Shown: positions 34,845 through 46,262 of the stretch, piece after piece
How positions within the stretch are numbered: the first letter of the stretch is position 1
Layout of the letters: each line of letters begins with the position of its first letter
Translations under genes and position numbers: made by a program
The notes under the pieces: generated by a model
The model's database searches: none
Seen by the model: only the letters and a program-made list of their open reading frames with translations
Told to the model about the DNA's origin: nothing
Assembly: GCA_044222185.1 (NCBI GenBank)
Contig: JBGANV010000003.1
Coordinates: forward strand, 64,001 to 128,000
Reading direction: 5' to 3'
Source: Planctomycetota bacterium
GTDB lineage: Bacteria > Planctomycetota > GCA-002687715 > CAIWVZ01
DNA: 64,000 nt

Positions 34845-36488
34845 ATGTCGAGGAACCTGCTGCACAGCCGCGCCGCGTGGATGACGCTCGCCGGCGCCGT
34901 CCTGGGCGCAGCGATCCTCCATGCCGCTCTCGGGTTCTTCGAGAAGGCCACGTCGCCGCGTGCGGATCTCGTCCTCGGAAACGGGACGGAGCCCGAGTCG
35001 CTCGACCCCGCCGCGGCGAGCGGCACTCCCGAAGCACGCGTCGCGCGCGCCCTGTTCGAACCGCTCGTGATCCTCCACCCGAAGACGCTCACAATCATGC
35101 CCGGCGTCGCGCAGCGGTGGGAATCGTCCGCCGATGGCCGCACCTACACGTTCCACCTGCAACCGAGCGGGGCCTGGTCGGACGGCACTCCGTTGCGCGC
35201 GGGCGATGTGGCCTGGTCGCTGCTGCGCGTCCTCCGTCCCGAGACCGGCGCGCGCTACGCATCGAACCTCTTCGACGTTCGCGGAGCGCGTGCATTCGCG
35301 CGACCGGCGAAGGGCGTGCCGCGACCTGCCGAGGATTCGGTGGGAATCCAGGCCGTGGATCCGCTGACCTTGCGGATCGAGCTCGAGCACCCGTCACCGA
35401 GCTTCCTCCAGATCCTCTCCATGCCCGCGTTCTCGCCCGTCCCCCGCCACGTGGTCGAACGCGCCGGTGCGACGTGGACGAAAGCCGGCACGATCGTCGG
35501 CAACGGACCGTTCCGACTCGTCGAGCGCCGGCTCCGCGAACGACTCCGCCTGGAGCGGAACCCTCACTACTGGAACGCGAACTCCGTGGGCCTGCGCACC
35601 ATGGACATACTGGTCTCCGATTCGCTCGGGACGCTGCTCAACATGTTCTTCACCGGCGACGCCGACTGGGTGACGGACGTCCCCGCGTCACTCGTGTCGA
35701 CGCTGAAGCGCGATCACCCCGGCGAGTTCCGCGCGTCGCCCCTGCTGGGCACGTACTTCTTCCGCATCAACACCAGGCATGCGGTGCTCGGCAACCGGAA
35801 CATCCGCGAGGCCCTCGACCTCGCCCTTGACAAGGAGACCCTCGTCCGGGCAATCCACCATGGCGGCGAAGTTCCCGCGTGGACGCTCGTGCCCGCGACA
35901 CTGCCACAGTGGACGCCTCCCGACGTCCTGCGGTTCGACCCCTCGCGCGCGAAGGATCTGCTGCAGGCGGGCCTGCGCGAACTCGGCCTGATCGAGATGC
36001 CATCGTTCGAGCTTCTCTACAACACGAGCGAGCTGCATCAGTCGGTCGCCGAACTCGTGCAGATCCAGTGGCGCGACACGCTCGGGGTGACCTGCCGCCT
36101 CGCCCGCCAGGAGTGGAGCGCGGCCCGCGCGGCCATCCGCAAGCTCGACTACTCGGTTGCCCGTGGCGTGTGGCTCGCGGACTACGAGGACCCGTTGTCG
36201 TTCCTCGAGATCTTCACGACGACCGCAGGGAACAACCAGACCGGATTCAGCGATCCCCGCTTCGACGCGATCGTCGACGAACTCGCCAGGACCACGGCGG
36301 ACCCGGGCGCGCGACGCGCGCGGCTCCGCGAGGCCGAAGCGATTCTCATGCGGGCTCACGCCATCGTGCCCCTGTACCACTACGTCTCCTACAACCTCGT
36401 GCGCGCCGAGATCGGCGGGTTCGAGGACAATCTGCTCGACGTGCACTTCCCGCAATTCTTCACCCGGTCCGCGGGGCGCCCGCGTTGA
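34845..36488 (+). CDS. oppA: Oligopeptide ABC transporter substrate-binding protein
   Basis: NGTEPESLDP, PGVA..WE.S.DG.TYTFHL, WSDG.P, VGNGPF, W.ADY.DP.SFL, N.TGFS.P.FD. Confidence 0.9.
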   Translation: MSRNLLHSRAAWMTLAGAVLGAAILHAALGFFEKATSPRADLVLGNGTEPESLDPAAASGTPEARVARALFEPLVILHPKTLTIMPGVAQRWESSADGRTYTFHLQPSGAWSDGTPLRAGDVAWSLLRVLRPETGARYASNLFDVRGARAFARPAKGVPRPAEDSVGIQAVDPLTLRIELEHPSPSFLQILSMPAFSPVPRHVVERAGATWTKAGTIVGNGPFRLVERRLRERLRLERNPHYWNANSVGLRTMDILVSDSLGTLLNMFFTGDADWVTDVPASLVSTLKRDHPGEFRASPLLGTYFFRINTRHAVLGNRNIREALDLALDKETLVRAIHHGGEVPAWTLVPATLPQWTPPDVLRFDPSRAKDLLQAGLRELGLIEMPSFELLYNTSELHQSVAELVQIQWRDTLGVTCRLARQEWSAARAAIRKLDYSVARGVWLADYEDPLSFLEIFTTTAGNNQTGFSDPRFDAIVDELARTTADPGARRARLREAEAILMRAHAIVPLYHYVSYNLVRAEIGGFEDNLLDVHFPQFFTRSAGRPR

Positions 36489-37501
36489 ACATCGCCCCGG
36501 GAACCCTTCTCACGCTCGCGCTCGCCGTCGTGGCCGTCGCCGCGTCGTTCGGGCTCGGGCGCGCTCTACGCGCGCGACGGCCCCTGATGGCGTTCCTCCT
36601 CCGCCGGCTCGGGCTCGTGGTGATCACCACGTGGACCGTCTTCACGATCTCGTTCGTGTTGATGCGCGCCGTCCCCGGCGGCCCCTTCGACACCGAAGTG
36701 GCGCTCGACCCGGAGATCCGCGCGCGCTTGCTTTCGCATTACGGCCTCGACCGTCCCGTGGCGGAGCAGTATCTCGACACGCTCGCGAACGCGCTGCGCC
36801 TCGATCTGGGACCATCGCTGAAGATGCCTGATTACACCGTGAACGACGTGCTGGCGGAGGGGTTCCCGTTGTCGGCCATGCTCGGCGTCGTCGCGCTCGG
36901 CCTCGCGTTGCTCATCGGAGTTCCGGCAGGTGTGATCGCAGCGGCCCGCCGCGGGCGATTCGCCGACCGGGTGCTGATGATCGGCGCCGTGACCGGCCTC
37001 GCCCTCCCGAACTTCGTGATCGCGGCCGCACTGCTCGTGCTGTTCAGCTTCAAGACCGGCTGGCTGCCCGCGGCCGGGCTCTCGACACCGCGACACCTCA
37101 TCCTTCCTGGCGTCTCGCTGGCCTTGCCGCTCGCGGCGACGATCGCGCGCCTCGTCCGCGCCGGGATGCTCGACCAACTCGGGCGGGATTACGTGCGCAC
37201 CGCACGGGCGAAGGGCTTGTCGCCGCTGCGCGTCCTCATGAGACACGCCCTTCCAGGCGCCCTGATGCCGGTCGTCGCCTACCTCGGGCCCGCGGCTGCT
37301 GCGACCTTGACGGGGTCCCTCGTCATCGAAGCGGTTTTCGCGCTCCCGGGGCTCGGCTCTCACTTCGTGCAGGCCGGGTTGAACCGCGACTACCCGCTGG
37401 CCATGGGCGCGGTGCTCGTCTACACGGTGCTCGTCTGCTCGATCAACGTGGGCGTCGACGCCTTGCACGGCGTGCTCGATCCGAGGGTGAAGATCGCATG
37501 A
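36485..37501 (+). CDS. oppB: Oligopeptide ABC transporter permease
   Basis: TTG start (TTGA overlap). LMRAVPGGPFD, YGLDRP, LDLGPS, DYVRTARAKGL, NRDYPL. Confidence 0.9.
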   Translation: MNIAPGTLLTLALAVVAVAASFGLGRALRARRPLMAFLLRRLGLVVITTWTVFTISFVLMRAVPGGPFDTEVALDPEIRARLLSHYGLDRPVAEQYLDTLANALRLDLGPSLKMPDYTVNDVLAEGFPLSAMLGVVALGLALLIGVPAGVIAAARRGRFADRVLMIGAVTGLALPNFVIAAALLVLFSFKTGWLPAAGLSTPRHLILPGVSLALPLAATIARLVRAGMLDQLGRDYVRTARAKGLSPLRVLMRHALPGALMPVVAYLGPAAAATLTGSLVIEAVFALPGLGSHFVQAGLNRDYPLAMGAVLVYTVLVCSINVGVDALHGVLDPRVKIA

Positions 37502-38514
37502 GCGCAACTGGGATCGGCGCGCAGGCCCCGGCGACCTCGCTGGCGCGCCTCGCATGGCGACGGATCGTCTCCGGCGTGGGCAACCGCGCGTGCCTGGCGA
37601 TCCTCGCGATCTTCATCGCGTCGTCCGCGCTGGCCCCGCTCGTGCCCCTCGCCGCCCCCGACGAACCTCGCGCCTCCGAGGCGTTTCGCGCACCGTCGTT
37701 CGCCGATGCCTGGCGACACGGGATGCCGGCGACGCGGTCCCAGGGGATCGACGGCGCAATGGACGGCCTTCGCCGCGCGATCTTCGGCGACGGTTTCATC
37801 GGACCTCTCCTCGGAACGGACGCGCTCGGGCGGTGCCTGCTCTCTCGGCTCGTGAACGGGTCGCGGATCACGTTGCTCGCCGCGGCGTGTGCCGCCGCCG
37901 TCAGCCTCGTCCTCGGCGTGCTCGTGGGCGCCACCGCCGGCTGGTGCCGGGGCCGCGTGGACCTCGTGTTGATGCGCGTCGTCGACGTCGTCGACTCGGT
38001 CCCGCTCGTCTTCATCGTCGTTTTCGTTCAGTCGTTCCTGCGCGGCATGCGCGGACCGGACTCGGCGCCCGGAAGCCAGATCTTCGTGTTCTTCGCGATC
38101 CTGGGCGCCATCACGTGGTTGACGATGGCCCGTTTGGTGCGAACGCAGGTCCTGTCGCTGCGTGAACAAGGCCTGGTCGAATCGGCGCGGGCGCTCGGGG
38201 CGAGTGAATGGTGGATCCTCGTGCGCCACGTGCTCCCGAACCTGTGGAGCGTGATCCTGGTGGGGCTCACGCTCACCATCCCGAGGATCATCCTCTTCGA
38301 GGCGTTCCTGTCGTTCCTCGGCCTCGGAGTCGAGGCGCCGAACGTGTCCCTCGGCATGCTGGCTCGCTCGGGACTCGACGCGGTCACCGCCATCGACATC
38401 CGTGCCTGGCTCGTGGCGTCCCCATCGGTCGCGCTTGCGATGCTGCTCTACGCCGTCAACTTCCTCGGCGACTCCGTCCGCGATGCCGTGGACCCGCGGG
38501 CCGGCGCGGACTGA
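37498..38514 (+). CDS. oppC: Oligopeptide ABC transporter permease
   Basis: LGTDALGR, VESARALGAS...RHVLPN, EAFLSFLGLGV, NFLGDSVRDAVDP. Confidence 0.9.
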   Translation: MSATGIGAQAPATSLARLAWRRIVSGVGNRACLAILAIFIASSALAPLVPLAAPDEPRASEAFRAPSFADAWRHGMPATRSQGIDGAMDGLRRAIFGDGFIGPLLGTDALGRCLLSRLVNGSRITLLAAACAAAVSLVLGVLVGATAGWCRGRVDLVLMRVVDVVDSVPLVFIVVFVQSFLRGMRGPDSAPGSQIFVFFAILGAITWLTMARLVRTQVLSLREQGLVESARALGASEWWILVRHVLPNLWSVILVGLTLTIPRIILFEAFLSFLGLGVEAPNVSLGMLARSGLDAVTAIDIRAWLVASPSVALAMLLYAVNFLGDSVRDAVDPRAGAD

Positions 38515-38532
38515 CCGCGACGGCCGATCGCG

Positions 38533-39189
38533 TCACGACTCGGCTCCCGAACGGTCGCTCGCGAGGATCGGCGCGTCCGGCGTCCCGTCCAGGACCAGGC
38601 GTTTCTCGTCGCCGCTCGGACCCCGGACCGTGTCCCACCGCAGCCTCCCCGAGATCGCGATGGTCTGCCCCACCCGCAGCGTGCCCTCCGTGTACCGGAT
38701 CCGGCGGTTGAAACCGAAGAAGGTCGTGGCCGACTCACCGTGGGCTGCCAGGAACTCCTCGAAGTGCGGCGGCGGATCGTTGAACGCTCCCGAATCGAAG
38801 CGGCTCGTGGATTCCAGCGCCACGGACGGAGTCGCCGCCATCTTCACGAGAACCTCCCCCGTGCCATCGCGCACGAGGAAGTCGACGCCATGACAGCGGT
38901 CGATCACGGTTCGCCAATGGGAATGCTTGCCCGAGCGGCGATGGACCTTCACGGCGACCTCCCAGTAGACGCAGGGTTGTCGGCCCAACGGGGACTGGAT
39001 CGGCGGGCCCACGGCGAGGATCTGGCCCACGAACCGGACCGGTTCGGTTCCCGTGGCGCTCCGGATCGGCACCAGGGGACGTTTCGCCAGTGCGCGGCGG
39101 ATCCGCGCATCCTCGTTGAAGAAGATGCCGATGAGGATCGCCGCGACGAACAGCGCCACGAAGAGGAAGAGGAAGATTCCAGGGTCCAT
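38533..39189 (-). CDS. Membrane-anchored GIDE-domain-like protein
   Basis: N-terminal TM. SPLGRQPCVYW, F.V.DGTG.V.V, RYTEG.L.VG..I.I.G, and a C-terminal ILASDR, the pattern of GIDE-family (MUL1 N-domain-like) proteins. Confidence 0.6.
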   Translation of the reverse strand: MDPGIFLFLFVALFVAAILIGIFFNEDARIRRALAKRPLVPIRSATGTEPVRFVGQILAVGPPIQSPLGRQPCVYWEVAVKVHRRSGKHSHWRTVIDRCHGVDFLVRDGTGEVLVKMAATPSVALESTSRFDSGAFNDPPPHFEEFLAAHGESATTFFGFNRRIRYTEGTLRVGQTIAISGRLRWDTVRGPSGDEKRLVLDGTPDAPILASDRSGAES

Positions 39190-39296
39190 TCGGCCTCACG
39201 AATCGCTCCGGCTCCCGGAGCGGGCGGGTGGATCTTCATCGGCATCGCTGGATCCGGCAAGCGTGACGGCGCGGCGCTTGACGATAGAGTGCCGCC

Positions 39297-41062
<1,766 letters not shown>

Positions 41063-41075
41063 ACGGCCGCGCGCC

Positions 41076-41396
41076 TCAGCTGCGCGAGGCGAACTTCAAC
41101 CCGACGGTACCGGCGACGATCAGCGCGATGCAGACGACCCGCGCCGCATCCCTTGGCTCGTCGAGCACCACCATGCCGATGATCGCCGTGCCCGCGGCGC
41201 CGATGCCCGTCCACACCGCGTAGGCCGTGCTGATGGGCAGCGAGCGCACGGCGAATGCGAGGAACACGAGGCTCGCGACGTACGCGACGACCGTGACGGA
41301 TGCCGGGAGAAGGATCGTCATCCCGCGACTCGCCTTCAGCGCGATGGCCCAGGTGATTTCGAAGGCGGCCGCGATCAACAGGTAGAGCCACGGCAT
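41076..41396 (-). CDS. sugE: SMR family exporter, SugE/Gdx-like
   Basis: 106 aa, 4 TM. FEITWAIALK, LP.STAYAVWTGIG. GGAGG SD. Confidence 0.85.
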   Translation of the reverse strand: MPWLYLLIAAAFEITWAIALKASRGMTILLPASVTVVAYVASLVFLAFAVRSLPISTAYAVWTGIGAAGTAIIGMVVLDEPRDAARVVCIALIVAGTVGLKFASRS

Positions 41397-41436
41397 GGAC
41401 GGAATCCTCCACGATTCGGTGAAACGGACGCGAGCG

Positions 41437-42510
41437 TCACAGATGACGTGCACGCAAGGTCTCGTGCGTCGCACGGAACCAGCCGTCGATGGCGAGCACG
41501 TTGGGATTCAACCGTGTCATGCGGCGCAGCTCGGCGAGGGCCGCGGGCTCGTCACGCAGGAACGTCAGGACCTCCACGAGCGCCTTGCCCGCATCGAGCA
41601 GGCGCGGAGCCTCGGCCGTCGCACGGACGAGCCGGTCGCGGGCGACCAGCAGACGCGAACCGTCGCCGTGGGGCGTACCGTCGTTTCCCAACGCTGCGAA
41701 CACCCCCGCCGAAAACAGCAGCTTGCCGCGCGATGGCCCTTGCGGTGACGCCTCGGCCCCAGCGGATGCACGCCGCTCGGCCTCGCGGACCCGTCCTGCG
41801 AACACGAGCGCGTCGCCCAGAAGGTCGTCGGCCTCCGGATCCCCGCTGGTCACGTCGAGGATGGCGATCACCTGCTTGTACTTGCGGAACTCCAGGTACA
41901 GCCGCGCATCGTCGAGCCTGCGGCGTCGGGCATCGCGCGAGTCTTTCGGGCCGAACGGATCGGGCTCGGACGCGCGTTGCGCACCGAACAGGTAGCGCGC
42001 CGTCTCGAAGTCCGCGGGACGAACGTAGAGCCCGATTCGCGACGTGTCCTTGTCCACGTCGAGCGTGTCGGTTCCGACCCAGAGCTTGGCGCCCATGAAC
42101 CGGAACTCCTTCACCCACTTCTGGGCCTCGCTCGGGTCGACGCAGGTGTGGACGCGCATCAGATCCCGCGGCGTATCCTCCGGCCCCTTCATCACGCGGG
42201 TACCCCGGTCGACCACGGGCCGGTGGCGGAGGGCCGCCTCGAACTTCGAACGGGGGATCACGCGCAACATGCAGTCGCAGGCGCTGCACCGCTTCAGCGC
42301 CGACAGGAACTCGTTCCAGCACGAAGGGCACGTGCGAACGGGCTCGTCCCGGTCGAAGAGATCGAGCAGCGGATCGATGAGCGGATCCCCCTCCTCGGGG
42401 ATCCTCGGTTCCAGGGCGTCGACGGAAAGCGGCGTCGCGCAGATCGGGCAGCGCCGGGTGCCCTCACGCACGTCGGTTTCGCACTTGGGGCATCGCGTCC
42501 GCAGAGCCAT
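41437..42510 (-). CDS. Hypothetical protein with two Zn-ribbon modules and C-terminal TPR-like helices
   Basis: Start MALRTRCPKC. CPKC..CPIC and CPSC..CSAC pairs, a LYVRPADFETA (DUF2007-like) segment, helical C-terminus. Confidence 0.65.
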   Translation of the reverse strand: MALRTRCPKCETDVREGTRRCPICATPLSVDALEPRIPEEGDPLIDPLLDLFDRDEPVRTCPSCWNEFLSALKRCSACDCMLRVIPRSKFEAALRHRPVVDRGTRVMKGPEDTPRDLMRVHTCVDPSEAQKWVKEFRFMGAKLWVGTDTLDVDKDTSRIGLYVRPADFETARYLFGAQRASEPDPFGPKDSRDARRRRLDDARLYLEFRKYKQVIAILDVTSGDPEADDLLGDALVFAGRVREAERRASAGAEASPQGPSRGKLLFSAGVFAALGNDGTPHGDGSRLLVARDRLVRATAEAPRLLDAGKALVEVLTFLRDEPAALAELRRMTRLNPNVLAIDGWFRATHETLRARHL

Positions 42511-42626
42511 GGGCGCGAAAGTTAGCACGGTGGATCGGGCCGCGTGGCGTGGCGCCGTCGTGCACCTACAATCCGCCCCACCCCGTTCGGCCACAGGTCG
42601 ATGAGTCCATCCCGCACATCTACTCG

Positions 42627-44306
42627 ATGCCCAGGCCCCCGGTGAACGCACCCGACGGACAACCGGGAACGGTGGCGCTCCTGGCGATCCCAGCCCTCGT
42701 CGCATGCCTCGTCGCATTCCCGTCGATCGGCGGTGGATTCGTCCGCGACGATCACGAGTACGTCCGCACCAACCCCCACGTTCAGGGCCCCGCAGGCCTG
42801 GGGGTGATCTTCTCGTCGACGTTTCCGCCCACGCGACCGCTGGGTCTCTACCGGCCTGTGACGACGCTCTCGCTTCGGGCCGATCGCCTGGTTCGCACGA
42901 AGTCCGAACCCGGGGTATTCCACCTGACGAACATGGCGCTCGCGGCGATCGCGAGCGCTCTCGTGGCCGCGCTCGGCCGGCGCCTCGGGCTTGCTCCGCG
43001 GTACGCACTGGCGTCGGGTGTCGTCTTCGCCGCTCACGCAGCTCGATCCGAGGCGGTCTGCTGGATCTCCGGTCGCGCGGAGGACCTCCTGTGCGTGTTC
43101 GCGATCGGAGCGCTCGTCGTCGCTGCCGGCCCCAAGGGCAGCTGGCGCGGCCCGCTCGCCGCCGCGCTGGCGATCCTCGCTGCGTGGTCGAAGGAGCAGG
43201 GGTTCGTGCTTGCGGCGCTCCTCCCCATGCTTCCAGGGCTCGCGCGGCGTGACCGCATCGCGCGCACGATCTGGGTCGCTCTGGGGCTATGTGCAGCGTT
43301 CGCCGTGAGGTGGTGGGTCGTCGGCGGTGTGTCGCTCGCACCTGGTATGGCCGTCCTCGACGGTTTCGGGTTCGGCTCCCGCTGCCTCGCAGGCGCCGAA
43401 CTCCTGTGCCGATACGTGGCGATGATCGTCTGGCCCAACCCACTTCTCGTCGAGTACGACGAGTCGCGCATCGTCACGGGTGCCGCGTCGGTCGCAGCAA
43501 TCGCGGGCGCAGCGATCGCCGCCGGAACGATCACGGCCGTCGTGCGCTGGCCGAAGTACCCGCGAGCAGCCTTCGCAGTCGTCCTTTTCGTCATCCCACT
43601 CGTGCCGGTGCTGAACGTGTTCGTCAGGACGGGTGAGATCTTCGCCGAGCGGTTCCTCGCGTTGCCGACCGCGGGAGCCGCCCTGCTCGTCGGGCTCGCG
43701 GCGGCGCGGATCGGCAGGGCGGGGACGGGCCTCATGTGGGGCGCGGCGTTCGCTCTCGCGGTCGTGTCGGGACTGCGCGCCACCGACTGGAAGTCGGAGC
43801 GCTCCGCCTGTGACGCACAGATGCGGGACGCGCCCGACGCGGCCGGATCCATGTGGATGATGGCCACGTCGTTGCTGTTGCCGGAGGGCGGTACGCGGCC
43901 CGCGGATCCACGGGACCGCGCGCAGGCGCGAGCCCTCCTCGAGTCGGCCGTGAGGGTCGATCCGGGGCACGTTCCTGCCCGGTTGACGCTTTCCGTCGTT
44001 CGAGAACAGGATCGCGCGGCGACCGGGGGCCCGGTGAGCTCGGACGAGATCGCGTTTCTCGAAGAGAGCGTGCGGCGCGCGCCCGCCATGCCTCAGTTGC
44101 ACGGGCTGCTCGGCCTGGCTCTCCGGCGTGCGGGCCGCGCGAGCGATGCGAAGCTCGCGTTCGAACGCGAGCTGTCGATCATGCCCACGGATGGCACCGC
44201 GTCCGAGAATCTCGCCAACATCCTCGAGCAGGCCGGCGATCCCGACGGCGCCGCACGCGTCCGCGCGAACCAACGGCGCGCCGTCGAGGCGGCGCGGTCG
44301 CGCTGA
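42627..44306 (+). CDS. Second TMTC-like (GT-C) membrane glycosyltransferase with TPRs
   Basis: FVRDD, YRPVTTLS, FHLTN, FAAH..RSEAVCWISGRAE, SKEQG, WP.PL..EY, FAERFL.LP, DW.SE, TPRs. Start uncertain. Confidence 0.8.
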   Translation: MPRPPVNAPDGQPGTVALLAIPALVACLVAFPSIGGGFVRDDHEYVRTNPHVQGPAGLGVIFSSTFPPTRPLGLYRPVTTLSLRADRLVRTKSEPGVFHLTNMALAAIASALVAALGRRLGLAPRYALASGVVFAAHAARSEAVCWISGRAEDLLCVFAIGALVVAAGPKGSWRGPLAAALAILAAWSKEQGFVLAALLPMLPGLARRDRIARTIWVALGLCAAFAVRWWVVGGVSLAPGMAVLDGFGFGSRCLAGAELLCRYVAMIVWPNPLLVEYDESRIVTGAASVAAIAGAAIAAGTITAVVRWPKYPRAAFAVVLFVIPLVPVLNVFVRTGEIFAERFLALPTAGAALLVGLAAARIGRAGTGLMWGAAFALAVVSGLRATDWKSERSACDAQMRDAPDAAGSMWMMATSLLLPEGGTRPADPRDRAQARALLESAVRVDPGHVPARLTLSVVREQDRAATGGPVSSDEIAFLEESVRRAPAMPQLHGLLGLALRRAGRASDAKLAFERELSIMPTDGTASENLANILEQAGDPDGAARVRANQRRAVEAARSR

Positions 44307-44315
44307 CGAGCACCG

Positions 44316-46187
44316 TCACTTCTTCGCCGGCGGATCGTCGCTCGATGGCCGCAGCCGGACCGTCACGCGGGCCCCGTCGGCCGGAACCGCGAAGTGCTCG
44401 TCGGTGAACCGCCCCTGGTCGCAGCCGACCGAAATCCACACCGCGTCGTCGAAGACCGGTTCCACGCGGATTCCCTCGTCGTCACCCGCGATGCGGAGAG
44501 TCTCCAGATCGTCGCGCAGGCCGCGCACGGACGCGCGCACGTTCGTCGGAGTCCTTCCGTCCGGGCTGATGACCGTCAGGTAGAAGTGCCGAAAGGTCAG
44601 GCTCGGCACGGAGACTTCCACGTCGTGGCCGCGCGTCAGCTCGACGGCCGTGCTCCACAGCGTCGTCACGAAGCTCGGGTGGCGAACCTCGATGGTCGCC
44701 ATCCCGGTCGATGGAAGCGCGGGGAAATCGACGAACTGTGACCCGATGAGCGATTCGAACCACTCCCCCTCCGCGACGCGCGCCCGCACGATGAGCGTGG
44801 AGCGACCGGGCAGTTCCACGGCGCCGACGAGCACGCGCAGACGGGACTGCCGCGACAACGTCACGACGATCTCGGACGTCGACGCCGGATCGAGCGTCGC
44901 GCGCGCCGACTCGTATCCGCGCTTGAAGAACTCGAACTCGCCGGCGACCGGAAAACCGGACGTCGTGCGGCCATCCGCATCGGTATCGGCGAGTGCAGCC
45001 CACACGAGCCCTGATGTCACTCGCTCCGCGACCGCGATGGGACGACCACGCACGCCGGCGATCGGCTCACCGCGATCGTCGACGACGCGAACGCGGACCT
45101 TCGATGCGGGGGCCACCGTCACGACCCCCAGATCCCGGGAGCCATCGGCGAGATCGCCGAGCTCCATGCGACCGCGGAGCCGCAACGTCGGACCCCGCTC
45201 GAAGATTCGGATCGACGCCGACGGGAGCGGAGTTCGAGGCAATTCGATGGAGAACGAACCATCCGCGGCGACGTCCCCGTCGGCGAGGAACGACTGGTCT
45301 GCCGTCGTCCGCGCCTCGAGGCGAACCTGCGCCGTCCAGCACGGTGCCGCGCCCGTCTCGCCGTCGAATAGCCGGCCCGAGAGCCGCGGAGGTCCGAAGA
45401 GCCAGACGTCGACGGCGGAAGCGCCTCCTGGCGTCAACGTGATCACGTTGCCGAAAGCCGCGGCCCCGGATCGCGAGTCGAGGAGGAACGGAACTCCGAC
45501 GGACAGCCGGACGCTCGCGGTCTTCGGGAGCCCGCGAAGCGCGAACTTCCCGTCCCTCGCCGACACTCCGGAGCGCCGTTGGGTCGCGGATTCCGGCCTG
45601 ACCGTGTCGTACACGACCGCCGACCAGGGAACCGGGCGCGAGGGCGCTCCGCCATCGACCCAGAACTGCCCGCAGATCTGCGCGGGACCCTTCACGACGA
45701 CGCAACACCTCGCAATCCCGCTCGGCAGAGGCTCACGGACGACGCCGCTTCCGTGGATGGGCGGCAGATCGACCTCGACCACGGAGTCCCCCGCTGGCGC
45801 CTCGATTGCGGCCACGCCCAGTTCGTCGGTCCATTCCTGCTCGGCTCGGCACCCCGGCGGCATGTTCGCAGGCACGATCCGCACGAGCGTCGCGTCCACG
45901 GGAACCCCACCTTCGAAGACGACGTGGATCTCGACCTTCCCGTCGGCGCGCCGAACGCCATCGTCGGCGACGAGTTCCTCCAGAGACGAGTCGAAGAGAG
46001 ATGGAGTCACTGCCGGCAGTGGAGTCGCGCGCGTGTCGGCGGCCTGCTCCGGGACGCCCGGGGGCGCTTGCGCGGGAGCCGGGAGCGGAGGCGGCCGGGA
46101 CATCGCGGCGCCGTCCATGAGCAGCATGCCTGCGCAGACGGCCATCGCAACGATGACGACGATCACCACCACAGCGCGAGCCGACAT
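44316..46187 (-). CDS. Membrane-anchored protein with carboxypeptidase-regulatory-like beta-sandwich repeats
   Basis: ATG after GGAGG, N-terminal TM, Pro-rich linker, repeats such as VRVVDDRGEPIAGV, TDADGR, DGKFALRGLP. Confidence 0.55.
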   Translation of the reverse strand: MSARAVVVIVVIVAMAVCAGMLLMDGAAMSRPPPLPAPAQAPPGVPEQAADTRATPLPAVTPSLFDSSLEELVADDGVRRADGKVEIHVVFEGGVPVDATLVRIVPANMPPGCRAEQEWTDELGVAAIEAPAGDSVVEVDLPPIHGSGVVREPLPSGIARCCVVVKGPAQICGQFWVDGGAPSRPVPWSAVVYDTVRPESATQRRSGVSARDGKFALRGLPKTASVRLSVGVPFLLDSRSGAAAFGNVITLTPGGASAVDVWLFGPPRLSGRLFDGETGAAPCWTAQVRLEARTTADQSFLADGDVAADGSFSIELPRTPLPSASIRIFERGPTLRLRGRMELGDLADGSRDLGVVTVAPASKVRVRVVDDRGEPIAGVRGRPIAVAERVTSGLVWAALADTDADGRTTSGFPVAGEFEFFKRGYESARATLDPASTSEIVVTLSRQSRLRVLVGAVELPGRSTLIVRARVAEGEWFESLIGSQFVDFPALPSTGMATIEVRHPSFVTTLWSTAVELTRGHDVEVSVPSLTFRHFYLTVISPDGRTPTNVRASVRGLRDDLETLRIAGDDEGIRVEPVFDDAVWISVGCDQGRFTDEHFAVPADGARVTVRLRPSSDDPPAKK

Positions 46188-46262
46188 GAACGCCTCCAAT
46201 GCCTGGCGGGCCGGCGCATTCTAATGCCGGTCGTCGCTGGGTGGCCACCGATCGGGGAGCGG

